A DNA stretch of 63,639 nt, filler included. It is 6 parts of 6 records of this genome, joined end to end, with 100 filler letters (N's around TTAATTAATTAA, not from the genome) between each part and the next. Parts side by side here need not be neighbours in the genome. Positions count along the whole stretch, not along the records: positions 5,441 to 14,818 come from DRR723986_3100; positions 14,919 to 36,462 come from DRR723986_3106; 4 more parts are not named here. The stretch is one strand, 5' to 3'. Positions 9,980 through 20,074 of the stretch are shown here, piece after piece. The first letter of the stretch is position 1. The number at the start of each line of letters is the position of its first letter. The notes below the pieces were generated by a model, which had not been told where the DNA came from, searched no databases, and worked only from the letters and a program-made list of their open reading frames with translations. The position numbers were made by a program, and so were the translations under genes.

Positions 9980-10010
9980 GCCGGGCCGACCAAGACGCGG
10001 TCAGCCCGGC
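9980..10010. promoter_or_regulatory. Intercistronic stem-loop between the binding-protein and permease genes
   Basis: GCCGGGCCGACC (9980-9991) pairs with GGTCAGCCCGGC (9999-10010) with one mismatch. Such hairpins often stabilise binding-protein mRNA (inference). Confidence 0.5.
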
Positions 10011-10018
10011 ACAGGGCG

Positions 10019-11596
10019 TCAGGAGCCTTGGCCCATCCGGGCAAACCAGAGCCGGGGCTTGGCGTCTGGGAAAAGCGGCATCTCGGCCACGTCCTCGGTC
10101 ACCGCCCAGGCCATCGGCTGCTGGTGCAGCGGGATCATGATCATCTCGTCCTTGACCATCTGCAGGGCCTCGGTCTGCAACGACAGCCGCGCCTCCAGGT
10201 CCAGCTCGCTGCCCGCCGCGTCGATCAGCGCGTCCAGTTCAGGATAGGACCAGCCGCCCCAGTTGAAGACACCGGCGTTGCCGTCCTTCGAGTGGAAGAT
10301 CTGCAGCAGCGGCGAGTAGCTGTCGAGCAGCGGCAGCGTGGCCCAGCCCAGCGTGTAGACGTCGGTCTTGGCATTCGTCCGCTTGGGCGATTGCACCGCA
10401 CGCGGCGCCACGTCCAGCTTGGGCGAGAGACCGATGCGCGACCACATGGACGCGATGGCCTGGCAGAACTGTTCCTCGTTCACCAGCCCGTCGCTGAGGC
10501 AGTTGAACTCGAACGCCAGCCCCTCGGGCACACCGGCCTCGGCCAGCAGCTTCTTCGATGCCTCGGGGTCATAGCCCGGCAGTTCATCCAGCGCCTCGGT
10601 ATAGCCGGGGATCGGCGGGGCGACGGTGGCGCCGGCGTTGCGGGACTTGCCGCGCATCACCTTCTGGTGGATCAGGTCGAGGTCGATCGCCTTGTACAGC
10701 GCCTCGCGCACGGCCTTTTCCTTGAAGGGGTTCGGCTCTCCGGTGGTCAGCGTGTCGCGGAAGGGGAAGCCGATCATCACCGTGCGCAGGTCGACGCCCT
10801 CCAGAACCTCGACGTTCGGCGCGGCGGCCAGACGCGGCAGATCCTGCACCGGCGCGTCATTGGTAAAGCTGATCTCGCCCGACAGCAGCGCGGCGACGCG
10901 GGTCGCGGCCGAGTTCACCGGCGTCAGCTCGATCCGGTCGAGGTTGTGCTGCGGTTCGTCCCACCAGTCGGGGTTCACCACGAAGACGGTCTTGGCGTCC
11001 GGCTGGCGGCTTTCGACCACGAAGGGACCGGTGCCGTTGGCGTTGTAGGTGGCATAGCCCTCGGTGCCCGCGCCCACATCGGTCGGCATCAGCGCGTCGT
11101 TCTCGGTCATCCATTCCTCGTCGAAGATATGGATGTTGGTGAGGTCGTTCAGCAGCAGCGGATAGGTGCCGTTGAGGGTGATGTCGACGGTCAGGTCGTC
11201 CACCACCTTGGAACTGACGTAGGCCGGCAGGTTGCCTTTCAGCGGCGAGGTCTCGTGGCTGACGCGGGTCAGCGAGGCGACCACGTCGGCGGCGGTGAAG
11301 GGGTTGCCGTTGTGGAAGGTCACGCCCTCGCGCAGCTTGAAGCGCCAGGTGATCTTGTCGTCGAGGATCTCCCAACTTTCGGCCAGCGCCGGCTCGATCT
11401 TGAGGTCCTTGTTGTAGCGCACGAGCCCCTCGTAGACGTGATTGAGCACGTTGATGGTGAAGCTGTCGCCGAAGGAATAGGGGTCCAGCGAGCCGATGTC
11501 GCGGTTGGCGCCCCATTTCAGCACGTTCTCGGCCTGCGCAGTGCCCGACAAAGTGGCAACTGCCGCAGTCGCAAGCAGGAGGTGTCGAAGTGTCAT
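10019..11596 (-). CDS. ABC substrate-binding protein, family 5 (DppA/OppA-like)
   Basis: Signal peptide ending AQA; SLDP, VYEGLV, EPALAESW, FKLREGVTFHNG, GTGPF motifs. Confidence 0.96.
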   Translation of the reverse strand: MTLRHLLLATAAVATLSGTAQAENVLKWGANRDIGSLDPYSFGDSFTINVLNHVYEGLVRYNKDLKIEPALAESWEILDDKITWRFKLREGVTFHNGNPFTAADVVASLTRVSHETSPLKGNLPAYVSSKVVDDLTVDITLNGTYPLLLNDLTNIHIFDEEWMTENDALMPTDVGAGTEGYATYNANGTGPFVVESRQPDAKTVFVVNPDWWDEPQHNLDRIELTPVNSAATRVAALLSGEISFTNDAPVQDLPRLAAAPNVEVLEGVDLRTVMIGFPFRDTLTTGEPNPFKEKAVREALYKAIDLDLIHQKVMRGKSRNAGATVAPPIPGYTEALDELPGYDPEASKKLLAEAGVPEGLAFEFNCLSDGLVNEEQFCQAIASMWSRIGLSPKLDVAPRAVQSPKRTNAKTDVYTLGWATLPLLDSYSPLLQIFHSKDGNAGVFNWGGWSYPELDALIDAAGSELDLEARLSLQTEALQMVKDEMIMIPLHQQPMAWAVTEDVAEMPLFPDAKPRLWFARMGQGS

Positions 11597-11641
11597 GTCT
11601 CTGTCCCTTGTCCCGGTGGATTGTCTTTTGCGATCGGTAAA

Positions 11642-11727
11642 ATTGGATACGATGCATTTTGGGTGGCACAGCAGAAACAACAACGCAAGCAAATTGTATC
11701 CGATTGACTGGCCAAACTGTATGCGAT
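11642..11727. promoter_or_regulatory. Three putative GntR (VanR-type) operators in the divergent promoter
   Basis: ATTGGATACGAT (11642-11653), ATTGTATCCGAT (11693-11704) and ACTGTATGCGAT (11716-11727) resemble the palindrome ATTGGATCCAAT. Confidence 0.7.
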
Positions 11728-11761
11728 AGTGATTGTGCAAATTTGATGGGCAGAGCGGATC

Positions 11762-12451
11762 ATGAGTGAGAACAAGACGACGCTGACCGACGCGGTGCAC
11801 GACCTGCTGCGCAAGGCGATCATCGAACAGGCGCTGAAACCGGGAATGAGGCTGCCCGAAGACACCGTGGGCGAGCAATTCGGCGTCTCGCGCACCATCG
11901 TGCGCCACGCGCTGGTGCGGCTGGAGCACGAGGGGCTGGTCGTGACCCGCCGCAACCGGGGTGCCTTCGTCGCCGAACCGTCTCGCGACGAGGCCCAACA
12001 TGTCTTCGAAGTGCGGCGGTGCTTGGAAAACGACGTGATTCGCTTGCTTTGCGAGCGTATGCCGCGCGGCGGCTTCGATCGGTTGAAGGCGCATGTGCGT
12101 CAGGAAGAGGCGGTCCGGGGCAAGGATGGCCCGGTTTCGATTCGTCTGGCGGGCGAGTTCCACGTCCTGCTGGCCGAGCTTACCGGAAACCCGGTCCTCA
12201 CCCGCTACGTGTCCGAGGTGGTGCTGCGCTGCTCGCTGATCATGTCGCTTTATGCGCGCAGTCACTCTTCGGATTGCGCGGTGGATGAGCATTCGCAGAT
12301 CATCGAGGCGATCCGGGCCGGCGACGCCCGGCGTGCCATCGAGATCATGGAGCATCATCTGGGCGCCGTCGCGGGCCGGGCAGAGCTTGCCGACAAACCG
12401 GATAGTATCCAATCCATCCTCTCGCACTACGGCAAGGAACTGGTCCAATGA
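11762..12451 (+). CDS. GntR family transcriptional regulator (FCD domain)
   Basis: LKPGMRLPE...FGVSRTIVRHALVRLEHEGLV...RNRGAFV wHTH; FH...GN and EH..II.AI..GD...A...M.HH FCD pattern. Confidence 0.95.
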   Translation: MSENKTTLTDAVHDLLRKAIIEQALKPGMRLPEDTVGEQFGVSRTIVRHALVRLEHEGLVVTRRNRGAFVAEPSRDEAQHVFEVRRCLENDVIRLLCERMPRGGFDRLKAHVRQEEAVRGKDGPVSIRLAGEFHVLLAELTGNPVLTRYVSEVVLRCSLIMSLYARSHSSDCAVDEHSQIIEAIRAGDARRAIEIMEHHLGAVAGRAELADKPDSIQSILSHYGKELVQ

Positions 12452-13119
12452 CCCTCGACACCGGCTACCACGCCTTCGATTTCGCCGATCTCTCTGCCCG
12501 CGAGGCTTACAAGGTCATGATCGGCACCATCGTGCCGCGCCCGATCGCGTGGGTCACGACGATCTCGCCCGACGGGGTGGTCAACGCGGCGCCCTACTCC
12601 TTCTTCAACTGCCTCTCCGCCGATCCGCCGATCCTCGCGCTCGGGGTCGAGAACAAGCCGGACCGCAGCTTCAAGGACACGGCCTGGAACATCCGCATGA
12701 CCAACTGCTTCACGGTCAACATCGTCGACCGCGCCAATGTCGAGGCGATGGCGGTCACGGCCGCAGCCTTCCCGCCGGAGGTGGACGAATTGGAGATGGC
12801 CGGGCTGACGGCCGTGCCCGGCGACCGCGTGGCCTGCCCCCGCATCGCAGAGGCGCCGGTCGCCTTCGAATGCGAACGCTACCTCGGCATCGCCGTCAGT
12901 TCCGCCCGCGAGATCATCCTTGGACGGATCGTTCGGGCGCATATCCGCGAGGATATCATCGACCCCGCAACCTTCTATTCCGATCACGAGAAGCTCGACG
13001 CGCTGGGTCGAATGGGCGGAAACGGATATGCGGGGACCTTGGACTATTTCGACCTGCCCACGCCCTCGGCCGAGGATGTGCGCCGCCCGGACCAGACGCG
13101 CCGCGTGAGCAACCGGTAA
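12448..13119 (+). CDS. Flavin reductase family protein (DIM6/NTAB-like)
   Basis: IVPRPIAWVTT, NAAPYSFFN, KDTAWNI, PRIAEAPVAFEC, LGRMGG; ATGA overlap with the GntR gene. Confidence 0.93.
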   Translation: MTLDTGYHAFDFADLSAREAYKVMIGTIVPRPIAWVTTISPDGVVNAAPYSFFNCLSADPPILALGVENKPDRSFKDTAWNIRMTNCFTVNIVDRANVEAMAVTAAAFPPEVDELEMAGLTAVPGDRVACPRIAEAPVAFECERYLGIAVSSAREIILGRIVRAHIREDIIDPATFYSDHEKLDALGRMGGNGYAGTLDYFDLPTPSAEDVRRPDQTRRVSNR

Positions 13120-13170
13120 CCTGCCTACAGGTCCCGCGTGCGCAGGGGCCATCCGTTCAAGGCGGTGGAC

Positions 13171-13218
13171 GCAGGCGCGCGGGTCGGTCTACGAGGTAGA
13201 GCCGACGCGCGCGCCTGC
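13171..13218. terminator. Long GC-rich hairpin between convergent genes (terminator or REP-like)
   Basis: GCAGGCGCGCG-g-GTCGG-TCTAC/gag/GTAGA-g-CCGAC-g-CGCGCGCCTGC; no U-tract. Confidence 0.55.
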
Positions 13219-13224
13219 TATGCC

Positions 13225-14818
<1,594 letters not shown>

Positions 14819-14918
14819 NNNNNNNNNNNNNNNNNNNNNNNNNNNNNNNNNNNNNNNNNNNNTTAATTAATTAANNNNNNNNNNNNNNNNNNNNNNNNNN
14901 NNNNNNNNNNNNNNNNNN
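14819..14918. other. Artificial contig linker
   Basis: N44-TTAATTAATTAA-N44. Confidence 0.99.
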
Positions 14919-15186
14919 CGGCATCGAGAACAAGATCCATCCGGGCGACGCCATGGACAAGGACCTCTACGACCTGCCGCCGGAAGAGGCGAAAGCCATT
15001 CCGCAGGTTTGCGGCTCGCTGCGTGAGGCGCTCGCAGCCCTCGACGCTGACCGTGAGTTCCTCAAGAAAGGCGGTGTCTTCGACGACGACCAGATTGACG
15101 GCTACATCGACCTGAAGATGGAAGAAAACATGAAGTACGAACTCCACCCGCACCCGGTCGAGTTCGACATGTACTACAAATACTGA
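14919..15186 (+). CDS. glnA: Glutamine synthetase type I, C-terminal fragment
   Basis: [23 protein letters not shown] (adenylylation Tyr loop) ... [10 protein letters not shown]. Confidence 0.96.
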
Positions 15187-15229
15187 TCGCAAAGACCGAT
15201 CAGTCTACCCGAAACACCGGGGGAAGGCG

Positions 15230-15255
15230 GGGCCGGCACCGAAAGGTGCCGGCCC
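15230..15255 (+). terminator. Hairpin after glnA
   Basis: Perfect stem GGGCCGGCACC-gaaa-GGTGCCGGCCC; weak U-tract. Confidence 0.65.
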
Positions 15256-15301
15256 TTACCGTTTCAGGGCTCTCTTCCTCCGGACATCCCTTTATCCCCT
15301 T

Positions 15302-15337
15302 AAAACAAAAGCCCCGGTCATGAGACCGGGGCTTTGT
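15302..15337 (-). terminator. Rho-independent terminator of clpX
   Basis: AAAGCCCCGGTC-atga-GACCGGGGCTTT, followed by TTTTGTTTT on the minus strand. Confidence 0.85.
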
Positions 15338-15362
15338 AACTCTGTCGTCTGGAAATACCAGG

Positions 15363-16625
15363 TCAACCAGCTTCTGGCTGGCTCTTCTTGGCGTGGACGT
15401 AAAGCGGCTCGGCATTGCCGTCGACCACTTCGCCGCTGATCACGACCTCCTCGACACCGCGCAGGTTCGGCAGCTCGAACATTGTGTCGAGCAGGATGCT
15501 CTCCATGATGGAACGCAGGCCCCGTGCACCGGTCTTGCGGACGATGGCGCGGCGCGCAACAGCCGTCAGCGCATCCGGCGTAAAGGTCAGCTGGACGTTC
15601 TCCATATCGAAGAGCCGCTGGTACTGCTTCAGCAGCGCGTTCTTCGGCTCGGTGAGGATCTGGATCAGTGCCTGTTCATCGAGGTCTTCCAAGGTCGCGA
15701 TGACCGGCAGACGACCGATGAATTCCGGGATCAGGCCGAAGCGCTGAAGGTCTTCCGGCTCGACTTCGCGCAGGATCTCGCCCACGCCGCGACCTTCCGG
15801 ATCTTTCACCGGGGCGCCAAAGCCAATCGAGGCCGCTTCGCCGCGAGCGGAGATGATCTTGTCGAGGCCAGCAAACGCGCCACCACAAATGAACAGGATG
15901 TTCGTCGTGTCCACCTGCAGGAACTCCTGCTGCGGGTGCTTGCGTCCACCTTGCGGCGGTACGGCCGCGACAGTGCCTTCCATGATCTTCAGAAGAGCCT
16001 GCTGGACCCCCTCGCCCGACACGTCGCGGGTAATGGACGGATTATCCGACTTGCGGGAAATCTTGTCGATTTCATCGATATAGACGATGCCGCGCTGGGC
16101 GCGCTCGACATTGTAGTCAGCCGCCTGGAGCAGTTTCAGGACGATGTTCTCGACGTCCTCACCGACATAGCCGGCTTCGGTAAGCGTCGTCGCGTCAGCC
16201 ATCGTGAACGGCACATCCAGGATACGCGCCAGCGTCTGGGCCAGCAGCGTCTTGCCGCAGCCCGTCGGGCCGACCAGCAGGATGTTGGATTTCGACAGCT
16301 CTACGCCGTCCGTTTTACCGGCATGAGACAGGCGCTTGTAGTGGTTGTGCACAGCAACCGACAGGATGCGCTTCGCATAGGTCTGTCCGATCACATAGTC
16401 GTCCAGCACATCGCAGATCTCCTGCGGTGTCGGAACGCCTTCTCGGGAGCGGACCAGCGAGGTTTTGTTTTCCTCGCGGATGATGTCCATGCAGAGTTCA
16501 ACGCATTCATCACAGATGAACACGGTCGGGCCAGCAATGAGCTTTTTCACCTCATGCTGGCTTTTGCCGCAGAACGAGCAGTAAAGCGTGTTCTTGGAGT
16601 CGCCTGAGCCGTTTTGTTTGGTCAT
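15363..16625 (-). CDS. clpX: ATP-dependent Clp protease ATP-binding subunit ClpX
   Basis: CSFCGK...CDEC zinc domain, [34 protein letters not shown]. Confidence 0.99.
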   Translation of the reverse strand: MTKQNGSGDSKNTLYCSFCGKSQHEVKKLIAGPTVFICDECVELCMDIIREENKTSLVRSREGVPTPQEICDVLDDYVIGQTYAKRILSVAVHNHYKRLSHAGKTDGVELSKSNILLVGPTGCGKTLLAQTLARILDVPFTMADATTLTEAGYVGEDVENIVLKLLQAADYNVERAQRGIVYIDEIDKISRKSDNPSITRDVSGEGVQQALLKIMEGTVAAVPPQGGRKHPQQEFLQVDTTNILFICGGAFAGLDKIISARGEAASIGFGAPVKDPEGRGVGEILREVEPEDLQRFGLIPEFIGRLPVIATLEDLDEQALIQILTEPKNALLKQYQRLFDMENVQLTFTPDALTAVARRAIVRKTGARGLRSIMESILLDTMFELPNLRGVEEVVISGEVVDGNAEPLYVHAKKSQPEAG

Positions 16626-16649
16626 GCTTTCCTCAATGCCGGTTAAGGC

Positions 16650-16664
16650 TTAACGTGGTTTTAA
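16650..16664. promoter_or_regulatory. Putative CtrA box in the clpP-clpX spacer
   Basis: TTAA-CGTGGTT-TTAA (TTAA-N7-TTAA), with extra half-sites GTTAA (16642-16646) and TTAAC (16683-16687). Confidence 0.6.
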
Positions 16665-16750
16665 GCGCCCAAACCCAGTTCCTTAACAGAACAATATGGG
16701 CATTGGCCTGCACTGCAAGTGCCAGGCCGCAATACGCGGGGAGGCGCGAT

Positions 16751-17374
16751 CTATTTGTCATCCTCTATGGCCCGGCGTTCGAACACCTTGTCGATGATGC
16801 CGAATTCCTGAGCTTCCTCAGCTGTGAGGAACGTATCCCGATCCAGTTTCCGCTCAATTGCGTCGTAGTCCTGACCGGTATGCTTGACGTAAATCTTGTT
16901 CAGGCGCCGCTTAAGATCAATGATTTCTTCGGCATGGCGCTCAATATCCGTCGCTACGCCCTGGTAGCCGCCAGATGGCTGGTGAAGCATCACACGAGCA
17001 TTCGGCAGAGCGAAACGCGCGCCCGGCTCGCCAGCGGCCAGCAGCAGCGAGCCCATTGAGGCCGCCTGGCCAATACAGACCGTAGACACAGAGCACCGGA
17101 TAAATTGCATGGTGTCGTAAATCGCCAGACCAGACGACACATAGCCGCCGGGGCTGTTGATATACATTGCGATTTCTTTTTTCGGGTTTTCCGATTCGAG
17201 AAACAGCAGCTGAGCTGTAATCAGGGCGGCCATACCATCATCAATGCCGCCGGTCACGAAGATGATCCGCTCTTTCAGAAGGCGCGAGAAGATATCGAAG
17301 GCCCGTTCGCCACGGCTGGTCTGCTCCACCACCATGGGGACGAGGTTGAGGGCAGTCTGGTACGAATTTGACAT
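16751..17374 (-). CDS. clpP: ATP-dependent Clp protease proteolytic subunit
   Basis: [39 protein letters not shown]. Confidence 0.99.
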   Translation of the reverse strand: MSNSYQTALNLVPMVVEQTSRGERAFDIFSRLLKERIIFVTGGIDDGMAALITAQLLFLESENPKKEIAMYINSPGGYVSSGLAIYDTMQFIRCSVSTVCIGQAASMGSLLLAAGEPGARFALPNARVMLHQPSGGYQGVATDIERHAEEIIDLKRRLNKIYVKHTGQDYDAIERKLDRDTFLTAEEAQEFGIIDKVFERRAIEDDK

Positions 17375-17487
17375 AAGTCGGGCCTCGGGCGTCGGAAAAA
17401 GGAATCTCTACTTTGCCAGAACTGGCAGAATGACTGATATTTGTCCACGCAGGCAGTGCTGCAAGAGGCGTTCCGCTGTGGAAAGCG

Positions 17488-18549
17488 TTAGCGAAACGGC
17501 CATTCAGCAGCCTTGCTGGGCAACTCTCCGGCCGGATCCAGCATAAACGCCAGATAATCATCATGTACCGTTTGCGCCTGAAGGTCCCTCAGCAGCATGT
17601 GGAACCCCTTCTCATAGTAGACTGTCCTGACATGCCACGGCAGCACTTTCGCGGTTCGTTCCACACCTTTTGCCGGCACAACGTAATCATTCGCTCCATA
17701 AGACATGAGCGTCGGCAGGCTCTCCGGCAGGTTCGGAGCGCGTTCGTGTGCCCGCTCCATCAGCGAAACAAGCCCATAGACCTGATCGATGCGATTGGTT
17801 GGCATCATCAGCGGATCCGACCAGGTCCGCTGAAGCATCTCGATATTGTCCGAGGGTTCGATCCGAACGAAACGCCTCGGCGGCTGAACGATCCAGCCCG
17901 GCCTGACGTGCGCAGACAGCCAGAGGCTGGTCCGGTAGGTCAGGTTCATTGCGCCCCAGCCTCGCAGGCCAGGTCCGGACGCGATAAACTGATCCGCAGC
18001 TGGCGGTTGATCGGAGCCAAACGCCGACATGGCCACCGATGCACCCATAGAAATTCCGACCACCGTGATCTTAGCATCAGGGTGATACTGTTTTACGAGG
18101 TCCACCGCCGTGCGAAGATCCTCCCGCATCAGTTCTTCGTCAGGCCAGATTCCCCTCTCAGGCGAACGGCCGAAGCCGCGCTGGTCATAAGCGTAGACCG
18201 TCACGCCTTTTGACGCCCAATAAGGCGCCGCCATGTGGAACGCGTTGGCATAATCATTCATGCCGTGCAGGCCGACCACAACATGTCCTGCAGCCTCTCC
18301 GGCCTCCTGCCCCGGCCAATAGGTCAGCCCCAGCTCGGCGCCGTCGAACGACACAAACTTGTTTTCTTCCAGGTTCAGTTCGGGTGTCACGGTTTGCCTC
18401 ATGGAGAGCGGTTCCTGAACCTTGGGCGTTGCGCAGGCGCTGACCGTCAGCACGCCCAGGGCCGTCAGATTTCGGACAAGGCCGAACGGACCGCGCGCCG
18501 CAGGTCGGGAAGTACGTCGTCCTCGAACCAGGGATTGCGCTTCAGCCAT
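17488..18549 (-). CDS. Alpha/beta hydrolase (lysophospholipase-like), probable lipoprotein
   Basis: LHGMNDY, YDQRGFGRS, nucleophile elbow GISMG, GANDYVV, GFHMLLRD; lipobox-like VSAC. Start uncertain because it overlaps the upstream gene. Confidence 0.88.
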   Translation of the reverse strand: MAEAQSLVRGRRTSRPAARGPFGLVRNLTALGVLTVSACATPKVQEPLSMRQTVTPELNLEENKFVSFDGAELGLTYWPGQEAGEAAGHVVVGLHGMNDYANAFHMAAPYWASKGVTVYAYDQRGFGRSPERGIWPDEELMREDLRTAVDLVKQYHPDAKITVVGISMGASVAMSAFGSDQPPAADQFIASGPGLRGWGAMNLTYRTSLWLSAHVRPGWIVQPPRRFVRIEPSDNIEMLQRTWSDPLMMPTNRIDQVYGLVSLMERAHERAPNLPESLPTLMSYGANDYVVPAKGVERTAKVLPWHVRTVYYEKGFHMLLRDLQAQTVHDDYLAFMLDPAGELPSKAAEWPFR

Positions 18550-19061
18550 GCGGTATTCCTCCAGCTTGGGTGCGGCAGGGTGAAAATGCGGTCGCCAGCA
18601 TAAGATTTCCAGTTCGCGACGGTCGCGGTCAGTGTCTTTTCGACCCGGCGCCCCAGATGCCAGCGCTGGGCATATCCACCGACCAACAAGACCACGTCGA
18701 TCCTGGAAAGCTGTTCCAGAACCCGTTGCCGCCAGACCTCAGCGCAGCGTTTCATGGGCGGCAGGTCTCCACCCTTGGCATCATAGCCCGGAAAGCAAAG
18801 CCCCATCGGCAGGATCGCGATCCGGCTCGCGTCGTAGAATTCCTCCCGTGATACGCCCATCCAGTCTCTCAAACGGTCACCAGACGGATCGTTGAACGGC
18901 GTACCGGTGGTGTCTGCCAGATTGCCGGGCGCCTGGCCTGCGACCAGAACGCGGGCCTCACCTGACAGCTGGAAAATCGGGTTCGGGGCCCGTTCCATTT
19001 CCGCCTCGCATAAGCGGCACTGGCTTATCTCGTTAATCAAGGACTGGAGATCATCACTCAT
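18465..19061 (-). CDS. Uracil-DNA glycosylase family protein
   Basis: CRLC, GQAPG, PFNDPSGDRLRDWMG, PMGLCFPG, LPHPSWRN; ATG at 19061 inside a longer computed ORF. Confidence 0.92.
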   Translation of the reverse strand: MSDDLQSLINEISQCRLCEAEMERAPNPIFQLSGEARVLVAGQAPGNLADTTGTPFNDPSGDRLRDWMGVSREEFYDASRIAILPMGLCFPGYDAKGGDLPPMKRCAEVWRQRVLEQLSRIDVVLLVGGYAQRWHLGRRVEKTLTATVANWKSYAGDRIFTLPHPSWRNTAWLKRNPWFEDDVLPDLRRAVRSALSEI

Positions 19062-19109
19062 GGGACCATATTTGAGGGGGGAATATGGCCGCGAAAAGGA
19101 GTCCTGAGC

Positions 19110-20006
19110 ATGAGCGAGCTTATCTCGCGGAGAATTGAACCGAGAGCGCGCGATCTGGGCGGTGGCTTCCGTGTTCGCAGAGTACTGCCTTTCCATGCGC
19201 AACGCATGGTCGGTCCTTTCGTTTTCTTCGATCATTTCGGTCCCGTGGAATATGCGCCTGGTGAAGGCTTCGACGTTCGCTCGCATCCGCATATCGGCCT
19301 GTCCACGGTCACCTACCTGTTCGAAGGCGCGATTGAACACCGGGACTCCCTGGGGACGGACCTTGTCATTCGCCCGGGCGCTGTGAACTGGATGACCGCC
19401 GGGCACGGCATTGTCCATTCGGAACGGACCCCAGCCTCGGAACGGGAGGCAGGCCAGAACATGCATGGCCTGCAGACCTGGGTCGCGCTTCCGAAGACCC
19501 ATGAGGATGTTCCACCGGCTTTCGACCATCATCCGGCAGATACGCTGCCGGAATTCAATCATCAGGGCGCGCGCATGCGGGTCCTTGCCGGCGAGGCATT
19601 CGGAAAGGTCTCGCCTGTCCATTTCCCATGGCCAATCCTGTACGTGGCATTTGAGACGGATGAAGGTGCAAACCTGATCCTTCCACACACACTCGCCGAA
19701 GAGCGGGCAGTGTATCTCGTCAGCGGCAGTGCTGTGATTGACGGTGAGACATTCGGCGAAGGACAGATGCTCGTACTGGCCAGCGGCACCGATGTCGCCA
19801 TTCGGCTGGAGCCTGGCACGAAAGGAGTGATCTGCGGCGGCGCCGCCATGGATGGGCCACGCAAAATCGAATGGAATTTCGTCGCCAGCGATCCGGCGCT
19901 TATCGACCAGGCAAAACAGGATTGGCAAAATTCGGTCAGCTCGGGTGGATCTGACCGATTTCCAACGGTTCCCGGCGACGAAGAGGAATGGATCCCGCTC
20001 CCATGA
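19110..20006 (+). CDS. Pirin family protein
   Basis: GPFVFFDH, HPHIGLSTVTYLFEG, WMTAGHGIVHSE, GLQTWVALP, WNFVA. Confidence 0.96.
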   Translation: MSELISRRIEPRARDLGGGFRVRRVLPFHAQRMVGPFVFFDHFGPVEYAPGEGFDVRSHPHIGLSTVTYLFEGAIEHRDSLGTDLVIRPGAVNWMTAGHGIVHSERTPASEREAGQNMHGLQTWVALPKTHEDVPPAFDHHPADTLPEFNHQGARMRVLAGEAFGKVSPVHFPWPILYVAFETDEGANLILPHTLAEERAVYLVSGSAVIDGETFGEGQMLVLASGTDVAIRLEPGTKGVICGGAAMDGPRKIEWNFVASDPALIDQAKQDWQNSVSSGGSDRFPTVPGDEEEWIPLP

Positions 20007-20074
20007 GGCACAAGCTTGCCCCTCGCCCGGGCACGTGCAAAACCCCTCCTAACAGGATTGTTACGGAGAATCTC

